A stretch of DNA of 39,729 nucleotides from Octopus bimaculoides (GCF_001194135.2 NC_069006.1:12436854-12476582); one strand, 5' to 3'; shown: positions 1-11,424, counted from the stretch's first letter. Translations and numbers: made by a program. The notes: generated by a model from the letters alone, not told the origin.

Positions 1-185
1 CCCACATCGCCCTCCCCTCATCACTGCCACCATCACATATTTTTGTTATTATTGCTGTTACTGTTGTTGTTGTTCTTATAATCAAGCTGACACCCTCCAG
101 CATTCCTTTCAAACCTGGACACAAACATAAACACATGTAAATGTGTTTGTATATACATATATAATCATCATCATTTATGTACATG

Positions 186-389
186 TATACATGTGTGTGT
201 GTGTGTGCGTTGGTGTACACACACACACACACACACACACATATAAATACATACACAAACATACATTTACATGTGTGTATACATATATTTGCATATATAT
301 CTATACATGTACATATATGTATGTATGTGAGTATATATATATATATTTGCACATACATTTATACATGTACATATATGTATGTGTGTGTA

Positions 390-459
<70 letters not shown>

Positions 460-495
460 CACACACACACATATTTTTACATATACACACACATT
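186..495. repeat. Compound (TG)n/(CA)n/(TA)n microsatellite block
   Basis: Directly visible dinucleotide runs, including about 55 bp of pure (TA)n near 398-454. Confidence 0.95.
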
Positions 496-867
496 TATAT
501 GCATGTGAATAAGTCATTATCACCATCATACAGGCATGAATTGGATAATTTGATGTGTGTGTGTGTGTGTATGTTTGCATAGAATTTCATGGCTGAAAAA
601 ACTGTGGTACATTTATAAATAAAAACATAGCATCTCTATAAACAGTGTCAGAATAGAAAAGTTATTCATTCCAATACAGTAAGGCTTCATTGGCTGTGCG
701 TGTGCGTGTGTGTGTGGTGTAAATACACAGACACACATATATATAAACACATATAACCATATAAACATATATATGTAAAAATAAGATACTTTATCCCATG
801 ACTTGCATTTGAAATGCTGAACGTTTTATGTTCACAGGAAATAGAGACAAAATCACTGCTTAGATAA

Positions 868-868
<1 letters not shown>

Positions 869-910
<42 letters not shown>
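869..910. repeat. (CA)n microsatellite
   Basis: Uninterrupted CA run. Confidence 0.95.
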
Positions 911-912
<2 letters not shown>

Positions 913-1064
913 AATATACTCTCTGTGTCTGCATGTGTGTGTATTATATATATATATATTATATAATATTATATGTATATATGTAATATATATAAATATA
1001 TATGTAAATATTCAACCTACTGTATGTATATATATAAATATGTATTTGTATATATGTATATAAA

Positions 1065-1121
<57 letters not shown>
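1065..1121. repeat. (TG)n microsatellite
   Basis: TG run with one interruption. Confidence 0.95.
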
Positions 1122-1123
<2 letters not shown>

Positions 1124-1415
1124 TATATGTGGTATTTGAATGCTTGCAGATATGTTTGTCTGTCTGTGTAATATATTTAAAATGAATTTTTCTCTAGCAA
1201 CTTCAATTTCATGCCACTGTGTTCTATAGGCCTGAACTGCTGCAACTCGTTATATCTCAGCAGATATTTTATAAGTCCACAAGTAGGTGACAACTGTAGA
1301 AACTGGATAAGATTGATGGGTGACCAATGATGCATGTATGTTGGGAGAATGTAGAAGAATGGAGATGACAGGAACAGTGAAGATAAAGCATGTGAGTTAA
1401 GAGCAACAGAATACT

Positions 1416-1642
1416 AATAATAAGCATTTTTACATTAGGTACAAGGCCTGATATTTTGTGTGTAAGGGGTTATTTGATTACATTAACCCCAGTGCCCAAA
1501 TGGCATTTTATTTCACTAACCCTAAACCGATAATAGGCAAAATTGACTGTGGCAGTATCTGAACTCAGAATATGAAGAGCTAGAATAATGGCTGCTAAGT
1601 ATTTTGTCTGGTACGCCAACAACTGTGCCAGCTCTTCACCTT
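1416..1642 (-). mobile_element. tRNA-derived SINE, family C (degenerate)
   Basis: Minus strand has a tRNA-like head (GAGCTGGCA...GAGTTCAGATACTGCC) and a body homologous to the copies at 11576-11700 and 16449-16881. Confidence 0.7.
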
Positions 1643-1869
1643 AATAATGATACAGTAAAAAGGGTAAGAAAAAGAGAGGATGGGAGAAAGAGAGGGAGAT
1701 ATGAGGGAGCGAAGTGGTTATATAGACATAGTAAATAGGGTGGTAGAGGAGAGATAATTTGTTGACTCATAGGGTGATCAATGTAAAAATGAGTGGAGAG
1801 GACAGAAAGCAGTATTAAGAAAGGTGGATAGCATTGGATAAAAAGGTTCCAGGAAGTGAGCCATTTTTA

Positions 1870-2060
1870 CTATCTCTAATAGGATGCAGTGCAGAAACAA
1901 GAGATTCGTATTCCTCATGATGAGACTGCTACAAATGGTGGAACATTGAGTTCAATTTTCAAACACAAGCTTCATGAGGTAATTTAAATACCCATTTTGT
2001 AATTTCCTTCAATTCATGGGAGATATTCACAAACAATTGAACTTGGCACATTCAGTTTCT
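1870..2060 (-). mobile_element. Highly decayed mariner transposase fragment
   Basis: Minus-strand translation KLNVPSSIVCEYL..KMGI*..PHE..SLIMRN..FLHCI resembles the mariner HTH2/WVPHEL linker region; stops and frameshifts present. Confidence 0.4.
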
Positions 2061-2941
2061 GTTGGTATGAGGGGTTTGGAAACAGCCATTTTGGTGCTAC
2101 TGATCTGATGATGACTCATTTGACATCAGATATTTTTATATATCTCTCTCCCCCTTTCTTTATGTACATTAGCATATTTCTTGATGTGTATGAAGAGAGG
2201 GAACATGTTTATCTCACTGTTTATGTGTGTGAGCATAACTCTGTCTGTAGAGGTGAGAAAAAGTGTTTATGTCAATCACCTTCAATTAATAAATCTTAAT
2301 TCCTCCCTCCCCCTCTTCCCCCTCTCTCTGTTTGTATGAGTGTGAGCGTATTTCTTTCCCTGAGTATGAGGGGAGGGTAAGTGTTTGTATCAATTGTGTT
2401 CAATTAACAAATTGTAATGTCTCTCCCTCTCTCTCTCTTTCTATCTGTGAGAGAAAGAGAGTGAGAGACGTGCCTCTGTCACTAAAACAGGCTGAATGTC
2501 CAGTCAGCGATGCCAAATCTTCAGTGTCCAAACAGCTGTGCTTGATTGTCTCATTCCAAGTTTCTGTGGAGAATCTCTGATGCGTTGACAAGGAAAAGAC
2601 TCAACTATTTCTCTCAAATATTCATTATTCATTGTGGTTCATCTTCCAGAGATCACAACTACCATTTTGAAACTTCTGAAACAGCAATTGATATTCATAA
2701 GTTTTCACTCACTGCATTTCTCTCAACACCCAACTCTATCCCCATGTGCCACTCTCCTCTCATATTCCCATGAACGAACTTACCCTCCCATATTGCTTCT
2801 CTTATGATCACATTGCTGTGACTTAAGAGTATGCTCTGACACATCTTAACCATCATCCTCTTTCTTTTCCACTATTTAAGCATTGTCATATCTTTGTTGG
2901 GTTATCTATCAATAACAACAATGAAATATATAATTATTTCT

Positions 2942-3100
2942 GGAGTGGTTGGCGTTAGGAAGGGCATCCAGCTGTAGAAACTCTGCCAAATCAGATTGGA
3001 GCCTGGTGTAGCCATCTGGTTTCACCAGTCCTCAGTCAAATTGTCCAACCCATGCTAGCATGGAAAGCGGACGTTAAACGACGAGGATGATGATGATGAT
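2942..3100 (+). mobile_element. RTE-tailed SINE or 5'-truncated RTE 3' end, family A
   Basis: Closely matches the 3' end of the RTE LINE at 7590-7747 and ends in (GAT)n. Confidence 0.85.
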
Positions 3101-4104
3101 ACAAACATACATATATATATATATCACCTATATGTACACATACACACACATATATATATATATATAGTTTATAAATATGTAGGTATTTGTGTATTTGTGT
3201 GTGTATCTATATAAACAGACAGAGATAGATTTGTGTGTGTACGTATATACACATATATGTGTGTAAAAGTCTAAGAATGAAAGGAATGGAGAAGATAGAT
3301 AAAGACTTCAAATGTTTCATAGGTAAAGCAATGTTTGTTACACAACTTATGAACAACTTGAAAGTAATAAGACCTGAAGATTAGCTGAGCAAATTTTACA
3401 TCTGTTACAAGTTATGTAACAAATATTGTTTTAGCTATGAAACATTTGTAGTCTTTATTTAACTTTACCATTCCTTACAAGCTTGAATTTTTATTCACAT
3501 TTCTAACAACTTCAGTTGCTAAACTGTAAGTTGTATGGCAACTATCAGCTTATTGAAATTTCCATTGATTTCCATATGGGACAAAATGTGTAATTTACAG
3601 TGGTTAATAAACTCTTTTTATCATATATTGTCCATCTTTTGTCATCTATCCTAGCTGTATACATGATTGAGGCTTACCAGCTTCCTACACCAGGATCTTT
3701 GGATCATACAAACATACAATGCATGCGCATGCATGTGTGTGTGACTGACTATGTGTATGTATTGTAGGTGCACAAGGGTGGGTGGTTAAGAAGTTTGCCT
3801 TTCAGCCATGATGTCTCCAGTTTTATCCTACTTCATGGCATCTTGAGAAAATGTCATTTTCTATAGCTTCGACTGAACTGTATAGAGGCTCATCAGGTGG
3901 ATTTTACTCATAATTCAATAGGTACAGCTTACTCACACCATGTACCATGCACACATTAATGGTGATACATGTGTTGTGGCACCTGCACTGTTGGGAACAA
4001 CTTGTAACTTGCGAAACAAAACAGAGTGAAAGCACATGACTAAAAAAGTGTAGACATATAAAGCAATAAAAATCAAAGAAGTGTACAATATATAAATAAG
4101 AAAC

Positions 4105-4135
4105 GTGTGTGTGTGTGTGTGTGCGTATACATACA

Positions 4136-4186
<51 letters not shown>
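4105..4186. repeat. (TG)n-(TACA)n-(TA)n compound microsatellite running into a gap
   Basis: Directly visible. Confidence 0.95.
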
Positions 4187-4502
4187 NNNNNNNNNNNNNN
4201 NNNNNNNNNNNNNNNNNNNNNNNNNNNNNNNNNNNNNNNNNNNNNNNNNNNNNNNNNNNNNNNNNNNNNNNNNNNNNNNNNNNNNNNNNNNNNNNNNNNN
4301 NNNNNNNNNNNNNNNNNNNATAGATAGATATATGTTGGCATCCCTTTTATGAGAGCAATGCTGTTATATTTATGAAAATCTTGTATTAACATGAAGCTCC
4401 ATAATGCAAGATGTATCTTCTCTTTAACTTCAGGAAACGAAGGGAAATAAGATTCCATAATGCAGAATATGCCTAGACATACATATGTACATATACATAC
4501 AG

Positions 4503-4550
<48 letters not shown>

Positions 4551-5662
4551 CACATTTTTACACACGCATACACACACACACACTTGTATGTATATATGTA
4601 TGTATGTGCATAACTATACACATGCACTCACACACATGTATAGATACTGATATTTGTGTGTATATGTGTTATCTACACACACATATGTAAACACACTCGC
4701 TCTTATACATACACACACGCATGCATATATGTCGATATGTGTATGAGTATGAGTGTGTGAGATATATTTGATTTCCTTAATAGAAAACTGTAAAATTATT
4801 TCAGTAGAAAGACACAAAATTGAAAAATAGGCATTATAAAAAAAATAAATGATGTTTGGAGATGAGAAATTGAGTTGGAATGGTTGTGATAATTGAACAA
4901 TTTTCAATTGCTGATAGAATATCATCTATTGAAGATAACACACACACACACACACACATGTATACACATACATGCATACAGACACACACACACACACACA
5001 CAGATAAACACAGATTCACACAGAGCCCTACATTCAATCAAATAAATGCACACTCACTTACATGCATCACACACCCACACACACTCACTGTTACATATTT
5101 ATACACGTACATACATACAAACGCATATAAAGCAACACACTCAGACACACCCACACTTATATATACTCACAGACACACATTCAGAAACAGATACACACAC
5201 ACACACACACACATTAAAATTTTAACTAACAAGCAGAAAAACTGAGTGAAACAATAAAAATCTAGTTTATAAAATTACTTGTACGACTTCATGTTGGTGT
5301 ATCTTTTCCCNNNNNNNNNNNNNNNNNNNNNNNNNNNNNNNNNNNNNNNNNNNNNNNNNNNNNNNNNNNNNNNNNNNNNNNNNNNNNNNNNNNNNNNNNN
5401 NNNNNNNNNNNNNNNNNNNNNNNNNNNNNNNNNNNGTGCAGAAGAGTAGGAGTGTCTTATTTTGCGTGTTTTCTTTCTAACACCACCACCTGGCTCTTAA
5501 GAAGGGTTAGTTCTATTGTGAACATCCAAAGTGAGTCTCCCAAGGATAGCTAACTCCATTACACCCTCCCCTCCACATACACACACACCAGTTTTAGAAA
5601 TCCAGGAAAAAGGGCCATGAACACTTCCTTTTCTCTAAGTCATGAAAAAATAAATACAGAAG

Positions 5663-5814
5663 TGCTAGCATGGCTCTGTGGTTAAGAAGCTCACTCTGCA
5701 ACCACATGGTTTCAGGTTCAGTTCCACTTGCGTAAGTGTCTTCTATTATGGCTCCAGGCCAACCAATTCCTTGTGAGTGAATTTAGTGGAGAGAAAATGT
5801 AGAAACGCCCATCA
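5663..5814 (+). mobile_element. tRNA-derived composite SINE, family B, 5' half
   Basis: A-box-like TGGCTCTGTGGTTAAG and B-box-like GGTTCAGTTCC; homologous to the full copies at 26169-26551 and 27173-27579. Confidence 0.75.
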
Positions 5815-5839
5815 TATATACAAATACATACATATATAT

Positions 5840-7298
5840 AATTACAGAGGTATCAAATTGTTGAATCAGGTGATAAAAGTTAGAGAGAGAGTCATAGCTT
5901 AACTAATTAGGGAGAGAGTCAGCCTAGATGAGATGCAGTTTGGTTTTGTGCCAGGGAGAAGCATCACTGATGCTATATTTCTGGTAAGACAGCTGCAGGA
6001 GAAATACCTAGCCAAGGATAAACCTCTGTACTTGGCCTTTGTTGACATGGAGAAAGCCTTTGACAGGGTCCTCCAACCACTTATCTGGTGGTCAATGCAG
6101 AAACTAGGTACAGACAAGTGGTTGATGAGAACTATACAAGCCATGTACAGGGAGGATACCAGTAAGGTGAGGGTTGACAATGAGTACAGCAAAGAATTCA
6201 GGGTACAAGTAGGGGTTTATCAAGGAGCAGTGCTCAGCTTTCTTTTGTTCATCATAGTCCTCTCTTCTTCATCATAGTCCTCTCTTGTTCATCATAGTCC
6301 AGGCAATAACAGAGGAATTTAAGACAGACTACCACTGGTAGCTCCTCTATGCTGATTCAGCTGATGCTCTAATTGCTGAATCACTACCAGAACTAGAGAA
6401 AAAGTTCCAGGTGTGGAAGGAAGGTCTAGAATCAAAGAGCCTTAGAATTAACCTAGCAAAAACCAAAGTCATAGTAAGTAGGAAAGCAGACAAATCACAA
6501 ATCCCTTCAGATAGATGGCTCTGCTTGATCTGTAGAAAAGGCGTAGGTAGAAACTCCATAGAATGCACCCAGTGTAAGCTTTGGACACATAAGAGGTGCA
6601 GCAAAATCAGAGGAAGATTAACAGGGAAACTAGCTTTTGTACATGGAAGATGCACAGGTACAATAGATGCTGAAAATGTGCAGAAAATAGACTCCATCAA
6701 CTGTCAGGGGGACAAACTAGAGGTAGTGGATAGCTTCTGTTATCTAAGTGACCAAGTTAATAGTGGAAGGGGATGGTCCAAGAGCATAGCTGTGAGAATA
6801 AGAATAGGCTGGGCAAAGTTCAGAGAGCTCCTACCCCTGCTGGCAACAAAGAGCCTCTCTCTCAGAGTGAAAAGCAGATTGTATGATGCCTGCGTGTGAA
6901 CAGCCATGCTACATGGCAGTGAAGCATGGGCTGTGACAGCCAAGGATATGCATAGGCTTGAAAGAAACGAAGCCAGTATACTTTGCTGGATGTGCAATGT
7001 CAGTGAGCATGTTCGACAGAGTGTAAGCATCTTGAGATAAAAGTTAAGCATAAAAGGAATCAGATGTGGTGTGTAAAAAAGACAACTGTGCTGGTATGGT
7101 CGTGTAATGCATATGGATGAGGGCAGCTGTGTAAAGAAGTGTTGATCTCTAACTGTGGAGGGAACCTGTGGTAGAGGTAGACCCAAGAAGACATGGGATG
7201 AAGTGATGAAGTACGACCTTCAAACATTGGGCCTCACAGATGCAATGACAAGTGACCATGACCTTTGGAGACATGCCATGCTTGAGAAAACCCAGTAA
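5840..7298 (+). pseudogene. RTE reverse transcriptase pseudogene
   Basis: In-frame stops (for example TGA 6897-6899), a 20-bp triplication at 6248-6300, catalytic YADD altered to YADSAD, terminal TAA at 7296-7298. Confidence 0.9.
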
Positions 7299-7747
7299 GC
7301 CAAGTGAGATTGTAGTCATGGCTGATGCCAGTGTCACATAACTGGCCCGTTTAAAAGCACCCTTCAATCGTTGCATGATATGGCATGCTTGTGAAGACCT
7401 GTTGAACCAAGTGAAATCGTAGTTGAGGCACATAAAAAAAACCCTTTTTGAGTGGGGCAGATGCAAGTGCCCCCTGACTAGCACCCATGCCGGTGGCACA
7501 TAAAAAGCACCATTCGAGCATGGCCAATGCCAGTGCCACCTGACTGGCTCCTGTGCTAGTGGCACATAAAAAGCACCCACTACACTCTCGAAGTGATTGG
7601 TGTTAGGAAGGGCATCCAGCTGTAGAAACATTGCCAAATCAGATTGGAGCCTGGTGCATCCTCCTATCTTGCCAGTTCTCAGTCAAACAGTCCAACTCAT
7701 GCCAGCATGGAAAGCAGACATTAAACGATGATGCTGATGATGATGAT
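5840..7747 (+). mobile_element. 5'-truncated RTE-clade non-LTR retrotransposon (RT remnant, 3' UTR, (GAT)n tail)
   Basis: NYRGIKLL, MQFGFVPGRS, AFVDMEKAFDRV, QGAVLS.LLF, LLYAD, INLAKTKV, WYGRVM and GRGRPKKTW motifs are typical of RTE ORF2; tail GATGATGCTGATGATGAT. Confidence 0.93.
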
Positions 7748-7982
7748 ATATAATAATTTAATATAGACAGCAGTGTGCAATGTTTTACCAAAAAAGAAAA
7801 CTGTAATTGTCATTAAATATGACTAGGATGTTAGAGCACCTACATTGCTAGAAATAAGAGCTAAAAAGCTCTAATGCTGTAGTTAAAACACAATTGTATA
7901 CATATGTACTGACAGGGGCTGAAATCACCCGAAAGCACCAGTCAAGAATATATGCATACATATATATATGAATGTGTATAGG

Positions 7983-8196
7983 TGTGTTTGAGTTTGTCTC
8001 TCACACCATTGCTTGACAACCAGTGTTAGAGTGTTTACATCCCTGTAACTTAGCAGTTTGGAAAAGGAAGCTGACAGAATGAGTACCACACTTAAAAAGA
8101 AAATATGTACTAGGGTTGATTTGTTTGACTAAACATTACAAAGCAGAGCCCCAGGATGGCTACAGTCCAATGACTGAAACAAATAAAAGTTAAAAG
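7983..8196 (+). mobile_element. SINE family B, 3' half
   Basis: GCTTGACAAC...GTGTTTACATCCCTGTAACTTAGCAG...AATGACTGAAACAAATAAAAG shared with the full copies. Confidence 0.75.
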
Positions 8197-8332
8197 GCAA
8201 GAGGCACCTGCGGTGGAGTTGAACTCAAGGCCTTTGCATTGATAGTCCAATGCAATATAGCTTGGGGTTTCTTTCCTCTCCACGCTGCATTCATGCAATT
8301 CATCATTATCACCACTACCATGATCGTTATTA

Positions 8333-8560
8333 TCATCACTACCGTCTTAACATCTACTTTTCCAAGCTAACATGGGTCACATAGAATTCATGGAAATAGA
8401 TTTTCTACAGCCAGATGCCCTTCTTGGCAAACTTCCACCTCTTTCCAAGCAGGTAATATTTTCCCATAACCAGATATTTTCACAAAAGATTGGAGATGAA
8501 TGACACAACTGGTGTGATAGTGACACTCCTTTACAATGACTGGATTTGATAGACAGAAAC
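8333..8560 (-). mobile_element. SINE family D (variant RTE-like tail)
   Basis: Homologous to 33187-33380 and 36324-36500; shares TTCTACAGC..GATGCCCTTC with the family A tail. Confidence 0.6.
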
Positions 8561-8790
8561 TACCAAGTGCGTGCACAATCTACTTATCTATCTATCTATA
8601 TATAAAGATATACACACAATAATCCCTCACCATATCACAGTTCACCTATCGCTGTTCACCTATCATGGTTCATTATCTAAGCTTATATCGATTCCTCCGT
8701 GGTATTGTTTTGCATTTATAATAAAATAAATATACACAAATTATAAAATTAATTTTAAAACATATGCAGTACAGTACTGTTTCTACTTTG

Positions 8791-8846
8791 CAGATTTTCA
8801 CGTTCCTGTTCATCGGACGGGAACGTGAAACTCTGTGTAACAGTTT
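8791..8846. ncRNA. Fold-back hairpin built from hammerhead-ribozyme-like parts (Penelope pLTR-like)
   Basis: 16-bp outer stem with 1 mismatch. + strand: ACG-GGAA-CGT, GAAA, CTCTGTG, TA, ACAGTTT. - strand: CCGATGA-N10-GAAA. AATAAA follows at 8870-8875. Confidence 0.5.
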
Positions 8847-8948
8847 TTGTGATATTTTTGCTGCTTTTCAATAAAGCATATTACTCTACCTCTGGTATTC
8901 GAGTACTATATTTTTCCACCTTGTTTCGCATTTATGTGCTTATTCCGG

Positions 8949-8991
<43 letters not shown>

Positions 8992-9047
8992 CAAATGATA
9001 TGTGAGCATATATGTACATATATGTACATATATGTACATATATGTAC

Positions 9048-9267
9048 GAGCGTGGCCGTTGCCAGTACTGACTGACTGGCCATCGTACCGGTGGCACGTA
9101 AAAGCACCCACTACACTCTTGGAGTGGTTTGCATTAGGAAGGGCATCCAGCTGTAGAAACTCTGCCAAATCAGATTGGAGTCTGATGTAGCCATCTGGTT
9201 CGCCAGTCCTCAGTCAAATCGTCCAACCCATGCTAGCATGGAAAGCGGACGTTAAATGATGATGATG
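9048..9267 (+). mobile_element. RTE-tailed SINE, family A
   Basis: Matches RTE 3' UTR and tail; (GAT)n end; preceded by four copies of CATATATGTA at 9007-9046. Confidence 0.85.
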
Positions 9268-9440
9268 AAATTAAAAACATAATAAATGCAAGACCAAAAC
9301 AGAAAACAAACACTAACTGCTCATCAGTTATCGACCAAACGGTCAAACGCAATTTTGCACCTTTAACAATGATATTATTTCCATTCTAATGGCACCTGCA
9401 ACCAAAAACAGCTGCTGAGAAATGAGACCAAAACATATAT

Positions 9441-9665
9441 TCTTTCTTTTGCTCCTTTACTTATTTCAGACATTTAACTGTGGCCATGCTGGAGCACTGC
9501 CTTGAAGGGTTTTAGTCAAACAAATTGACCCCAAGACTTGTTCTTAAGTCTAGTACTTATTCTATTGGTCTTTTTTGCTGAACCGTTATGTTAGAGGGAT
9601 GTAAACATACCAACACCAGTTGTCAAGCGGGGGGGGGGCACAGACACACAAACATACACACATAG

Positions 9666-9704
<39 letters not shown>

Positions 9705-10319
9705 NNNNNNNNNNNNNNNNNNNNNNNNNNNNNNNNNNNNNNNNNNNNNNNNNNNNNNNNNNNNNNNNNNNNNNNNNNNNNNNNNNNNNNNNNNNNNNNN
9801 NNNNNNNNNNNNNNNNNNNNNNNNNNNNNNNNNNNNNNNNNNNNNNNNNNNNNNNNNNNNNNNNNNNNNNNNNNNNNNNNNNNNNNNNNNNNNNNNNNNN
9901 NNNNNNNNNNNNNNNNNNNNNNNNNNNNNNNNNNNNNNNNNNNNNNNNNNNNNNNNNNNNNNNNNNNNNNNNNNNNNNNNNNNNNNNNNNNNNNNNNNNN
10001 NNNNNNNNNNNNNNNNNNNNNNNNNNNNNNNNNNNNNNNNNNNNNNNNNNNNNNNNNNNNNNNNNNNNNNNNNNNNNNNNNNNNNNNNNNNNNNNNNNNN
10101 NNNNNNNNNNNNNNNNNNNNNNNNNNNNNNNNNNNNNNNNNNNNNNNNNNNNNNNNNNNNNNNNNNNNNNNNNNNNNAAATAAGGCAGAATGCTAAACTG
10201 GAGGCAAATTTTAATAAAGATTTCTAACCGGCTTTCATTGAAAGCCGGTTAGAAATCTTTAATAATAGAATCTATTATTTCTCCACGTACGGTTAACACA
10301 ACCCCACTATTTACTGACT

Positions 10320-10364
<45 letters not shown>

Positions 10365-10511
10365 GCTTCTTTCAGTTTCCATCTACCAAATCCACTCACA
10401 AGGCTTTGGTCAGCCCAAGGCTATAGTAGAAGACACTTGCCCAAGGTGCCACACAGAACTATGAACTATGAAGTTGGGAAGCAAACTTCTCACCAGACAG
10501 CTACTCCTGCA
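9441..10511 (-). mobile_element. SINE family B split at its internal microsatellite (3' half 9441-9655, 5' half 10361-10511)
   Basis: Both halves are collinear with the intact copy at 14053-14430; (TA)n, a gap and foreign sequence lie between them. Confidence 0.7.
10215..10279. repeat. Two abutting perfect palindromes (23-bp arms and 9-bp arms, each with a 1-nt spacer)
   Basis: TAAAGATTTCTAACCGGCTTTCA-T-TGAAAGCCGGTTAGAAATCTTTA, then AATAATAGA-A-TCTATTATT, checked base by base. Confidence 0.9.
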
Positions 10512-11090
10512 CCTATATATATATATTATCCTAGGTATAACTTGAAACTGTATCTGGTAGTGGGGCCTGGGTACAGGGGTTCCATGGTCTTGAGAAGTGT
10601 GGAACTTGCTCTTCACCACTATAGTTGTCAGGTCTACTTTAACTCCTCAGAATAGTAGCACCTGTCAAGATCCCAGCTATAGGCTAACTAGCATGTGAAC
10701 CACTGGAATTGAAGGACCCCTACTTTTTGTTAGAAGTTCCTTCTAGAAGGAGGTAAACTTGCATGAAAACAACCTGAAGGGCAGTTGGTTTCTATTTGCC
10801 TCAACCTCTGTTGTGCCATGGGTTTTTATAGCTGACTGCACAGAAAAGTGGGTCCAGTGTTGTGTAACACTTTAATTCATGCGCAGGAGCTTCTTGGACT
10901 TTCAGAGTTTAGAAAATGGTTTTACTCAGTCACAAGTTGACTACCACCCTGTGTGCATGTGTGTTTTTTTGTTTGTTTTACATTGAGGCTTCTTCAAAAA
11001 TCACTCAACTGCAGGTAGTGATGATGTTGCTGTCATTCCTCTGTGAATGGTTTGTTCGCAGGTTTTGCATATTCAAAAACACCTCAGTGT

Positions 11091-11253
11091 CATGCCGGTA
11101 GCACATAAAAACACCCATTATATTCTCAGAGTGGTTGGCATCAAGAAAGGCTTCCAACCATAGAAAACCATGCCAAATCAGACTGGAGTCTGGTGCAGCC
11201 TTCCAGCATACCAGCCTGGTCAAATCGTCCAACATTAAATGATGATGATGATG
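11091..11253 (+). mobile_element. RTE-tailed SINE, family A (degenerate)
   Basis: Homology to 2942-3100 and a (GAT)n tail. Confidence 0.75.
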
Positions 11254-11424
11254 TGGAATTAGATATTCCTTACTTGAAAAACAACAGGTAGAGGTTAGTA
11301 ACAAGAAGGGATCTAGCTGTAAAAACAAAACCTCCAATAGTGATTAATCTAACCCAAACTAGCATGGATAAACAACCCTAAAAGAAAGTAATGAACAAAC
11401 GTATGTACATATATGGGTTGGGAT

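Noticed and set aside
838-867. Possible tiny terminal exon TTCACAG|EIETKSLLR*
   Set aside because: An acceptor-like motif only; ten codons, no upstream partner exon and no recognisable homology
143-1185. Many ORFs rich in YI, TH or CV dipeptides (also 3933-5245, 20842-21156, 33275-33547 and others)
   Set aside because: They are translations of (TA)n, (CA)n and (TG)n microsatellites, which lack stop codons; there is no coding signal
3007-3035. Antisense CTGAGGA-CTGGT-GAAA in family A copies
   Set aside because: It arises from the + strand hairpin CTGGT-TTC-ACCAG of the RTE tail; there is no stem II, no stem III partner and no stem I
7909-7943. CTGAC-A-GGG...CCC-GAAA hammerhead-like string
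   Set aside because: The box lacks G8, and stems I and III cannot be formed; too degenerate to claim
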